Below are positions 1 to 7,641 of a DNA stretch of 24,887 nucleotides, piece after piece. The first letter of the stretch is position 1; each line of letters begins with the position of its first letter. The position numbers and the translations under genes are program-made. Source of the stretch: an uncultured Verrucomicrobiota bacterium (GTDB lineage: Bacteria; Verrucomicrobiota; Kiritimatiellia; JAAZAB01); assembly GCA_964624095.1 (NCBI GenBank), contig CAZUYI010000001.1:1-24887 (forward strand), given 5' to 3'. The notes under the pieces were generated by a model. That model was not told the DNA's origin. It did not search any database and was given only the letters and a program-made list of their open reading frames with translations.

Positions 1-2
1 AG

Positions 3-731
3 GCCACGGCCGACAATCCGGCCGGCATCTGCGGACCCATCGGGCCCACCGAGCAATTGCCCCTCGTGGCGCGGATGGTCAACGAGTTGAACCTCAACCT
101 GAAGGAAGCGGTGTTCTGGGGCATGGACGAGTGGTACGAGAACGGCCGCGAAACGCCGGTCTCCCACCCGCTGTCCTTCAAGCGCGCCGACCTCGAGTTG
201 TGCTTCAACCGGATCCGCAAGGACTTGCGCCCGCGTCCGGAGAACCTGCATTTCCCGACCCGCGACATCAAGGCCTACAGCCGGAGCTTTGACCAAGCCC
301 GGTGCCTCGTCATGCAGGGCGGCCAGGGCGAAGTCAAGCACTGGGCCTTCAACGACCCGCCCAAGCGCACGGGCGCCTACACGAAACACCCGCCCAGCCC
401 GGCCGAGTACCGCAGGCTCGGTACGCGCGTCGTCGAGCTCCATCCCATGACGCTCATCCAGAACGCGCGCACGTCCGGCGGCGGCCAGGTCTTCCTCGTA
501 CCGAGCCGGGCGCTGTCGGTCGGTCCGCTCGAAACCTGGAAGGCGGAGAAGGTCTCGATCTGGCATCCCGGCCACCACGACAACCGGTTCGGCATCCGGC
601 TGACCACCCTGATGATCTCCAAGCGGATCCCGGACGCCGCCGTGCCGATGTCCCTGCTGGCGGACCACCCGAACGTCCAGTTCAATTTCTACCGGCCCGC
701 CATCGGCTCCTGCTCCACCGAAATGCACTGA
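3..731 (+). CDS. Glucosamine-6-phosphate deaminase/isomerase (NagB)-like protein, 5' truncated by the window edge
   Basis: The frame is open from position 3 ([25 protein letters not shown]...), so the true start lies upstream. It carries NagB-type motifs GMDEW (catalytic Asp) and KHWAFNDP (GHxAFNEP-like His loop). TGA at 729-731. Confidence 0.75.
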   Translation, partial: ATADNPAGICGPIGPTEQLPLVARMVNELNLNLKEAVFWGMDEWYENGRETPVSHPLSFKRADLELCFNRIRKDLRPRPENLHFPTRDIKAYSRSFDQARCLVMQGGQGEVKHWAFNDPPKRTGAYTKHPPSPAEYRRLGTRVVELHPMTLIQNARTSGGGQVFLVPSRALSVGPLETWKAEKVSIWHPGHHDNRFGIRLTTLMISKRIPDAAVPMSLLADHPNVQFNFYRPAIGSCSTEMH

Positions 732-1251
732 GCCCGGACTATGTCGTTGGCCGTAGCGTGCCCGCCATGACCAGGAGCGGAGCCGGCCCGCCATCGGCGC
801 CACGTGTGCTTCCGACGGCCTTGCGCTTCCTTCTTTCGCGCTCCTTCAGCCTGCTCGCAACCACCCATCAACTACCAAAGCCGGGAATGGCGCCACCCCA
901 CTCCCCCGCAAAAAAAGGGATCTTTAATCAGGAGCAATGGATGTTGCCGCCCCCTGTAACGAATTCCACCTGGAAGCCGGAGTGACATGCACAAGCATCA
1001 GTGTCAGACCTAAACAATAAATATTATCGCTCGGTTTTGATATAATGGGCTATTCAGAGTCGAGCTATTCACTGTCAGAGAAGCCCTTGACAATTGACGT
1101 TGTTATTGACAGGGCACGGCGCAGGATGACAGCGCTGTGGCCATAACACTGAGACTCCAGAGGCAGCCCCGGGCCGGGCCTAAGGATAATGCGTAAATGT
1201 TCAGGCAACCGCTCCGCAGCGGGGGCTACCTGAGCAGTCATCAAAAACGAT

Positions 1252-2919
1252 TTAATCCGTCGCGGCGTCGGCACCCTGCGTCCGCCGGTCCGCCGGCTCG
1301 CGGGTCGTGCCCGGTACCAGGAACACCACGTACCCGTACCCGTTGGACACGGTCACCTCCACGGCGCCCTGCGCGTCCACCCGGTCCGAATGCAGCGTAG
1401 CTGACGGCGTCTTTTCGACCAGGGTGAGGGGCCGGCCCGCCCAGTCCTCGGGCAGGCGCAGCCGGTCCCGCTCGACGGACCGGTGATAGTCCGCATAAAC
1501 CACCTGGGCCTCGCCCTCCGGATGCCAGTACAGGCAGGTGGGCGCCTCCGCGCCGCCGGGCTTGAAGTACTGCCGGTAGACCACGGCGCGCATGTCCGTG
1601 CCCGCCGGCACCCGCGGCCCCATCTTCCGGTCCACCGCCACCAGGGCGGATTTCCCCACGCTGTTGATCAAGGCGGCACGGGTGGAACGGCGACTCCGCT
1701 CGGACGGCCGCGTAATGCCCCGGACCAGGGAATACCCCATGACATACCCGACTTCGCGCGTCACGGCGCCGCCCGTGTTCCGGCCGAGAAACTGGATCAG
1801 CCGGTCGGGGAGATTATCCGGGGACTCGATGTTGCGGCTGGCCTTGTCAAACCAGATGTTCGGCAGGCGCGGCGCCGTGAAATCCTGCAGGGACTTGAAG
1901 TCAAAGCGGCGCCCCTCGAACTCGAACGGAACCGTTTTGGGGATATAGAATTCGTGCGTGTCGAAATCGCCCTGGTGCAGCTTGAAGGTCTGGAAGAATC
2001 CCATGAGCCGCAGGCTGAAATCCTTCAGCACCCGGGCGTGGAACTCGATGACGGCCGCCCCGTTGGGATAAAACCGGTACACGATATGATGGGCAACCAT
2101 GGCGTCCAGCCGCGGCGACGCGAAATCCGATTCGACCCCGGGATGGGCAATCACGTCCCGCAGGACAGAACCCGGATCAATGATGTCATGGTCGTCCACG
2201 ATCTCCAGGAAGCCGCACGGGACGACCTGGCCGTCGGGGAGCGGCGTCGTCCCGTCCGCCCGGTATTCCTGTTTCGCGATCCGGCAGCACGGCCGCAACT
2301 GCGGCACCGTCACCTGGGCGACGGCCAGTGTATCCGTCTGGGAGGCGCGGGTCAGAACCGTACCCGCCACCGTGAGCGTGAACCGCCACACGGCGTTGGT
2401 GTCCCGGTCGGCCGTGTTCTCCGAAAGAAACCACAGCTCATTCGAGTCCGCCACCCGGATCAGGGTGAAGCGCGTGCCGGCCCCGTCCAGCCAGGCGCTG
2501 CCGATATCGGCAACGGTCCGGCCATGGTTCGGGCTCGTGACGGCGCGCACCGGCTGGCTGCCATGGTTGCCGCCCAGCAGGAAGGCGCCCCCGTAAGGGG
2601 GCATGAAGTTGGCTTCCATGAACCAGGGCTTGGTGTCGTCGCCCGAGTTGTGAATCAGCACGCCCGCGCGCGACAACTCCGGGCCCATCGCCGCGGACGG
2701 CGCAACCAGGCGCGTGCCGGCAAAATTGATCTGCCCGTTGCTCCCCTTGTTGAGGCGGACGACCAGGTCCCGGTCCGGCGAAAACGTACTGCGGATCAGC
2801 ACGAGGTCGCCTGTCTTCAATACCTTCAATTCGTTGGCGGGCGGCTCTTCCGCCGCGACGAGACTCGCGGCCGCGGCGCACAGGATAACGAACCTACTCG
2901 CCTGTCCTGTCATGGCCAT
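1252..2919 (-). CDS. Secreted hypothetical protein (555 aa), no family recognised
   Basis: Long ORF with GC3-rich codons. ATG at 2919 is preceded by AGGAAG. The N-terminus MAMTGQASRFVILCAAAASLVAA|EEPP looks like a Sec signal peptide. The ORF-track extension to 3015 overlaps the MGMT gene and is unlikely. Confidence 0.8.
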   Translation of the reverse strand: MAMTGQASRFVILCAAAASLVAAEEPPANELKVLKTGDLVLIRSTFSPDRDLVVRLNKGSNGQINFAGTRLVAPSAAMGPELSRAGVLIHNSGDDTKPWFMEANFMPPYGGAFLLGGNHGSQPVRAVTSPNHGRTVADIGSAWLDGAGTRFTLIRVADSNELWFLSENTADRDTNAVWRFTLTVAGTVLTRASQTDTLAVAQVTVPQLRPCCRIAKQEYRADGTTPLPDGQVVPCGFLEIVDDHDIIDPGSVLRDVIAHPGVESDFASPRLDAMVAHHIVYRFYPNGAAVIEFHARVLKDFSLRLMGFFQTFKLHQGDFDTHEFYIPKTVPFEFEGRRFDFKSLQDFTAPRLPNIWFDKASRNIESPDNLPDRLIQFLGRNTGGAVTREVGYVMGYSLVRGITRPSERSRRSTRAALINSVGKSALVAVDRKMGPRVPAGTDMRAVVYRQYFKPGGAEAPTCLYWHPEGEAQVVYADYHRSVERDRLRLPEDWAGRPLTLVEKTPSATLHSDRVDAQGAVEVTVSNGYGYVVFLVPGTTREPADRRTQGADAATD

Positions 2920-2926
2920 GCTCTTC

Positions 2927-3274
2927 CTATGATGAGTACCCGCTTGCCCCACCAGGCGCCGGAGGCGCGGCCAGCAGCGCCGGATCGGCCAGCCGGCCGT
3001 CCCGGAAGCGCACACCCTCGGCGGCCAGGAGCGCCTGCTTCCGGCGCAGGGCGGGGCCGCGCGTGCGGCCCATGAACCCGCCGAGCGTCAAGTCGGAGGC
3101 AATCACGCGGTGGCACGGGATGCGCGGGGCGTCCGGGTTGCGCTTGAGGGCCTGGCCCACGGCGCGGCTGGACCGGCAGCCGATCGCCGCGGCCAGCAGG
3201 CGGTAGGTGGTCACCCGGCCCCGCGGCACGCGGCACAGGGCGTCATACACGCGTCGTTGAAAAGTGGTGACCAT
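2927..3274 (-). CDS. MGMT-family methylated-DNA--protein-cysteine methyltransferase, C-terminal domain only (115 aa)
   Basis: HTH segment GRVTTYRLLAAAIGCRSSRAVGQAL, active-site IPCHRVI, and K..LL..EGV tail. Confidence 0.9.
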   Translation of the reverse strand: MVTTFQRRVYDALCRVPRGRVTTYRLLAAAIGCRSSRAVGQALKRNPDAPRIPCHRVIASDLTLGGFMGRTRGPALRRKQALLAAEGVRFRDGRLADPALLAAPPAPGGASGYSS

Positions 3275-3281
3275 CGTCCGG

Positions 3282-5069
3282 CTAGCGTGGCGCGGGCGGG
3301 TTCAGTTCGTCCGCGACCGCGCCGATGAGCTCCGGGTGCTCGAGGAACGTTTCGTAGAATGAGATCATGAGGGCACCCGTGCCGGCCGTGCCGGCCATCC
3401 GGATTTCGGCGCGCAGCTGGTCGGGCGGCTTGACCCGGTCCTTGGCGTACACCCCGACGAACGGCACGAACGTGTGGGCCGGATGGACGTCGTGCTGGAT
3501 CCCGGCGTGCTGCTGGGTCAGCGCGTAGACGCGTTCGAGGGGCCAATGCGGCTTGAAAAACCAGGCGACCGTCTGGCCGCAGTAGTCCACGGGCAGCCGG
3601 CAGCCATACACCGGGTTCGGGTCGAAATCGGGATACACGTGGATGGCCAGCTTGAGGCGCGGGTCCAGGGCGCGGAGCCGGTCCCGGATCTGCTGCGTGT
3701 AGGCCACCAGCGCGTCTTCCGAGGCACGCCATTCCACCACGTCCGGCGGGAGCCCGGGGTGGCGTTCGGCGTATTCGCGCCGGTTGGCCTGTGAGGCTTC
3801 GCAGAAGCAGGCGTAGTAGTTGCGGTACCCGATGTAATCGAGCGCCAGCCCGTCCACCTCGTGCTCGCGCAGCATGGCCTCGATGGCCTGCCACTCGGCG
3901 TCCGTGAGGCCGGCGTCCGGACACAGCCAGGAGGCGCCGTGGATGTTCTCGCGGTCCGGATTGACCCGCGGCGTGCCCGCGAGGGCCATTTCCTCCGGCG
4001 CGACGCACTGGCGCAGGCCGGCTCCCGCGGGGTGGCGCAGGTTGATCCACCAGGCGTAGAACCCCAGCTTGCGCGCGCGCGCCACCCGGATAATGTCCGC
4101 GCGCGGCTCGGCGCCAATGTGGGTGAATCCCATCCGGACCGCGTCGTCGCCCATGCGCTCGACGGCCTCGGGCGTCTTCAGCGCGCCGGCGCGCACCCAC
4201 AGCAGTTTCCAGTCGAACCGGCCCGGGGGGACGGCGGCCGGGTCGGCCAGGACGGCGAGGGTATTGGTGTAAAACACGAGCCGGCCCCAGCGGTCGGGGC
4301 GATGGCAGTTCCGCTCGCCCAGCCGCGGCCAGGTCCAGTACTGAACGTCCGTGTCCGGCGCCCCGGGCGAGGGCGCGTAGCGGCGCCCGAGGTGCGCGCC
4401 CCAGATGTCGCCGGGCGCGGGCGGACAGGCGGCCGGGTGCGCGAGAAACGCCAGGGCCGCGAAGGGAATGGCGAGTTCCGCGGTCCAGCCCCGGTCGAGA
4501 TCGCTTGGCTCGTTGAGCGTACCCTGGACCTGGACGGCCCAGACCAAGCCGGTGCAATCCCAGTCCCAGAACGACTCGTCCTCCGTCTCGACCGGCAGTC
4601 CGAGCCGTGCGCGCGCCTCGGGCCGCCAGGGCAAGGTCTGCCACTTGTCGCTCAAGGACCCGTTGGCCGACAGGTGCATTTCGGTGTACCGGCGCCCGTC
4701 GCGCCCAGGATCGAGGTACAGCTTGAAGAAACTCTCGACGTAGCGCCGGCCGCCCGGCTCGGTGCGCACGTCGCGGCCGGTGAGCCGGGCCCAGACGTTG
4801 GTCTCCTGCACCTCGAAGGCCGCGTAGAGGAACCGGCGGTCCCAGAGCAGCCGGGCCGTCACCGGCTGGAGCGGGCGCGCGCCCGTCACGAGGTCGGCGC
4901 AGTGGATGGGCGCGGCAGCGCGCCAGGCGGGTTCGTTCAGCGCGCCGTCCACCGTGATGGGGGCCGGTACCTGGTAGACCGGGTACCAGTCGAATGCGAG
5001 CGCCGGCCCGGCCGACAGGCCGGCGAGCAGCGCGCACGCCATCCGAATCCGCGGGATGTGTTCCGTCAT
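3282..5069 (-). CDS. Secreted CBM9-like (sugar-binding) domain + GHL10-type glycoside-hydrolase-like TIM-barrel protein (595 aa)
   Basis: ATG at 5069 overlaps the upstream TGA (ATGA). Signal peptide ends AGPALA|FDW. The N-domain has CBM9-like motifs ITVDGALNEPAW, LLWDRRFLYAAFEV and GWTAELAIPF. The C-domain has VDGLALDYIGY and CFC, resembling the GHL10 DGIHLDYIRY motif. Confidence 0.72.
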   Translation of the reverse strand: MTEHIPRIRMACALLAGLSAGPALAFDWYPVYQVPAPITVDGALNEPAWRAAAPIHCADLVTGARPLQPVTARLLWDRRFLYAAFEVQETNVWARLTGRDVRTEPGGRRYVESFFKLYLDPGRDGRRYTEMHLSANGSLSDKWQTLPWRPEARARLGLPVETEDESFWDWDCTGLVWAVQVQGTLNEPSDLDRGWTAELAIPFAALAFLAHPAACPPAPGDIWGAHLGRRYAPSPGAPDTDVQYWTWPRLGERNCHRPDRWGRLVFYTNTLAVLADPAAVPPGRFDWKLLWVRAGALKTPEAVERMGDDAVRMGFTHIGAEPRADIIRVARARKLGFYAWWINLRHPAGAGLRQCVAPEEMALAGTPRVNPDRENIHGASWLCPDAGLTDAEWQAIEAMLREHEVDGLALDYIGYRNYYACFCEASQANRREYAERHPGLPPDVVEWRASEDALVAYTQQIRDRLRALDPRLKLAIHVYPDFDPNPVYGCRLPVDYCGQTVAWFFKPHWPLERVYALTQQHAGIQHDVHPAHTFVPFVGVYAKDRVKPPDQLRAEIRMAGTAGTGALMISFYETFLEHPELIGAVADELNPPAPR

Positions 5070-6676
5070 GGCGCGCCTCCCCGGGCAGGTCGGGCCGGCG
5101 CCGCGCTCCGACGCAGCACGCGGCCCGGCCGCGCGCCGGTAGAACGCCCGCGATCCACGACCAGGACGCCGTTGACCCAGACGTAGGGAATGCCTTCCGG
5201 GAACGAGCGGGGCTCGGCATACGTGGCGGTATTGCGCACGGCGGCCGGATCGAAGAGCACCAGGTCCGCCCACGCGCCTTCCCGCAGCACGCCGCGGTCG
5301 GCCAGGCCGAGAAACGACGCGGGCAGGGCACTCATCTTGCGCACGGCGTCTTCGAGCGTGAGGACGCGCCGCTCGCGCACATAGCGTTCGAGGACCCGCG
5401 GATACGTGCCCCACGCGCGCGGGTGCCCGGAGGCGTTCCCGCGCAGCGGGTAGTCGAAGGCACCACCGTCCGTGGACACGGCGCAACAGGGATGCCGCAG
5501 CAGGGTCTCGTTTTCCTCCTCGGACAGCAACACGGCGCCGACGGTGCGGCCGCCGTCGGCCCGGTTCAGCCGGATAAGCAGCTCGCAGAGGTCCGGCGCC
5601 CCGAGCCGCACGGCGGCCTCGGCCAGGGTGCAGCCGGCCAGCTCCGGGGACGAGGGGCTGTCGGCAATGGCGTGGAGGCGCGCCAGGGCCGTGAGGCGCT
5701 CGCGGGCGGCCGGGTCCAGCTCGGCCCAGGTGCGCGTCACGCCCAGGTCGGGATTCTCCTGCTGAAACAGGCGCACGGTATTAAAGATTTCGGTGAACTC
5801 CCAGGGATACGTGTCGAAGATCACGGGCAGTCCCTCGGCCCGGGCGCGGTCAATGAGGGCAAGCGACTCGGCCGCCCGGCCCCAGTAGGCGCGCGGCCAG
5901 GCGTGGTGGTGATTGATGGACGCGGGCACGCCGGTGGCGCGGGTGATGGCGACGATCTCGGCCACCGACTCGATCAGGCGCTCGCCGAGGTTGCGGATGT
6001 GGGAGATATGGACTCCGCCGCGGGCCGCCACCACGCGGCACAGGGCGATGACCTCGTCCGTCGAGGCGCCGGGCGTGTACTGCAGCCCGGTGGCCAGCCC
6101 GAAGGCGCCCTCGTCCATCGCGCGCGCCAGCAAACCTTCCATGGCGCGCATTTCGTCGGGCGTGGCGGGGCTGCCGGCCCACCGGCCGGACGCGACGCCC
6201 AGCACGGCCCGCCGGAGCGTATCGTGCCCGCAGAACGGCACATAGTGGATGGCCGTTCCGTTCCGCTCAACCGTCGCGCGCCAGGACTCGAGGCTCGACC
6301 ACGTCACGAGCTCGGCGTGAAACGAGTTCGGACGCAGAGGCGCGGCCGGCAGGGCCGCGTCCCACCCGTACGCCGCGCGGCCGTCCCCGCCCACGACTTC
6401 CGAGGTCAATCCCTGGCAGACCGAGTTCAGGGCGTTGCCGCCCACCGGGCTGGTCAGATCGGAGTGCCCGTGCAGGTTGACAAAGCCCGGCGCGGCCACC
6501 AAGCCGCGCGCCGGCAGGACGCGGGTCGCGGGACCAGGCGCCACACTTTCCGCCAGGCGGACGATCCGGCCGCCCGCGATCAGGATGTCGGCCGGGAACA
6601 GCGGGCCGCCGCGTCCGTCCGCAACGGTCGCGCCCTGCACCAGCCACTCAGCCCGGGACGCCGTGCCTGTCCTCAT
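5066..6676 (-). CDS. N-acyl-D-amino-acid deacylase (D-aminoacylase) family amidohydrolase (536 aa)
   Basis: VAAPGFVNLHGHSD (HxHxD), GAFGLATGLQYTPG, HISHIRN, STDG, GHPRAWGTYPRVL and DRGVLREGAWADLVLFDP. GGAGG lies 7 nt before ATG 6676. Confidence 0.9.
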   Translation of the reverse strand: MRTGTASRAEWLVQGATVADGRGGPLFPADILIAGGRIVRLAESVAPGPATRVLPARGLVAAPGFVNLHGHSDLTSPVGGNALNSVCQGLTSEVVGGDGRAAYGWDAALPAAPLRPNSFHAELVTWSSLESWRATVERNGTAIHYVPFCGHDTLRRAVLGVASGRWAGSPATPDEMRAMEGLLARAMDEGAFGLATGLQYTPGASTDEVIALCRVVAARGGVHISHIRNLGERLIESVAEIVAITRATGVPASINHHHAWPRAYWGRAAESLALIDRARAEGLPVIFDTYPWEFTEIFNTVRLFQQENPDLGVTRTWAELDPAARERLTALARLHAIADSPSSPELAGCTLAEAAVRLGAPDLCELLIRLNRADGGRTVGAVLLSEEENETLLRHPCCAVSTDGGAFDYPLRGNASGHPRAWGTYPRVLERYVRERRVLTLEDAVRKMSALPASFLGLADRGVLREGAWADLVLFDPAAVRNTATYAEPRSFPEGIPYVWVNGVLVVDRGRSTGARPGRVLRRSAAPARPARGGAP

Positions 6677-6682
6677 GGCACC

Positions 6683-6700
6683 GCCTCCGCCGGCGGAGGC
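6683..6700 (-). promoter_or_regulatory. 18-bp perfect palindrome covering the Shine-Dalgarno of the D-aminoacylase operon (candidate SD-occluding hairpin)
   Basis: GCCTCCGCC|GGCGGAGGC is a perfect inverted repeat. On the minus-strand mRNA the GGAGG lies in the 3' arm. Confidence 0.45.
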
Positions 6701-6793
6701 CGGCAAGACGAACCGTCCCGGTAATCCGGCATGGACAGGACGGCGGGGTTTCGGTAAGGTGCCCGGTGTGGCGAGTTATTCCGGAGTGGGCCC

Positions 6794-6877
6794 ATGAGCA
6801 ATCTCTGGCTGATCCTGATCCCCGTCATCCTGGCGGCGGCCATCGTTCTCTTTTTCCGGCTGACCAAGCGCCCGTGA
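6794..6877 (+). CDS. Small single-pass membrane protein (27 aa): MSNLWLILIPVILAAAIVLFFRLTKRP
   Basis: GGAG precedes ATG 6794. The peptide has about 18 contiguous hydrophobic residues followed by a basic tail (R-L-T-K-R). Codons are almost all G/C-ending. It fills an otherwise empty gap and is too short for the ORF track. Confidence 0.65.
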   Translation: MSNLWLILIPVILAAAIVLFFRLTKRP

Positions 6878-6906
6878 AGCCCGGCCGGGGGCGACGGACG
6901 GCGGGC

Positions 6907-7494
6907 TCAGCCAGCCGGGGCGGCAGCCAGTCGCTTCAGCAGCCAGGCCATGTTGAGGCCGAGCGTTTCGAGCGTGCGCATGCCCTCGGCGTCCTTTTCC
7001 GCTTCGCCCTTCTCGCGTCCGACGGCGATGTTCCAGTAGCTCGACCCGGGCACGATCATCTGGCCGATCAGGAAGAAATGGTTGATCGAGTCGAACGCAT
7101 GGATGGCCCCCGCGCGACGTACGGCCACGACCGCCGCGCCAACCTTGCGGCGGAGACAATCGCCGTTGGCCCGCGCCGTCATCCCGGCCCGGTCAATCAG
7201 CGCCTTGAGGTCGGGGGTAAGGTCGGCAAAATAGGTTGGCGAGCCGAGCAGGATCCCGTCGGCGGCCAGCATCTTGCCAAGGCAATCGTTGAGCGCATCG
7301 CCCGCCTGGGCGCAGCGGCGGTTCCTGGCGGCAAAGCACTGGTAGCAAGCCCGGCAGCCGCGCAGGTTCAGCGGACCGAGCTGCACGAGTTCGCCGCCGA
7401 TGCCTTCGCGCGCGAGCACGTCCAGCACGAGGCGCAGCATGCGGGCCGTGTTGCCATCCGGACGCGGACTGCCGTTAAACGCAACGACCTGCAT
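6907..7494 (-). CDS. Iron-sulfur flavoprotein (Isf) / NADPH-dependent FMN reductase family (195 aa)
   Basis: NGSPRPDGNT FMN phosphate loop, compact CX2CX2CX7C motif (CRACYQCFAARNRRC), GSPTYF, and GSSYWN. AGGAG precedes ATG 7494. Confidence 0.9.
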   Translation of the reverse strand: MQVVAFNGSPRPDGNTARMLRLVLDVLAREGIGGELVQLGPLNLRGCRACYQCFAARNRRCAQAGDALNDCLGKMLAADGILLGSPTYFADLTPDLKALIDRAGMTARANGDCLRRKVGAAVVAVRRAGAIHAFDSINHFFLIGQMIVPGSSYWNIAVGREKGEAEKDAEGMRTLETLGLNMAWLLKRLAAAPAG

Positions 7495-7615
7495 CGAAAA
7501 CACTCCTGAAGGATGGTTTTCCGCCATGCGATCCCCGGTACGACCCACACTATACGCAAAATCCCGCCCTATGCAACGGCCCAGTGCCGGCCGCGTGCCA
7601 TGGGGCGCCGGCCGT

Positions 7616-7637
7616 GCCGCCTCGCGGCGGAGGCGGC
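7616..7637 (+). promoter_or_regulatory. Hairpin covering the rsmE Shine-Dalgarno
   Basis: GCCGCCTC-GCGGCG-GAGGCGGC is an 8-bp stem. The GGAGG (7629-7633) is mostly in the 3' arm, and ATG is at 7642. Confidence 0.4.
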
Positions 7638-7641
7638 CCCG

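Noticed and set aside
1041-1111. TATAAT (1041) and TTGACA (1087, 1106) as a promoter
   Set aside because: The elements are in the wrong order, no -10 lies at 16-18 nt downstream of any TTGAC, and there is no intact gene to drive.
3211-5331. 706-aa alternative-frame ORF on the minus strand
   Set aside because: It overlaps the CBM9/GHL10 and D-aminoacylase genes out of frame and has low-complexity R/P/A/G content.
5070-5486. N-terminal extension of the CBM9 ORF, and the ORF-track extensions of the Isf, rsmE, SBP, M20, flotillin and M42 genes
   Set aside because: The extensions overlap neighbouring genes or promoters. Internal ATGs have clear RBSs and family-typical N-termini.
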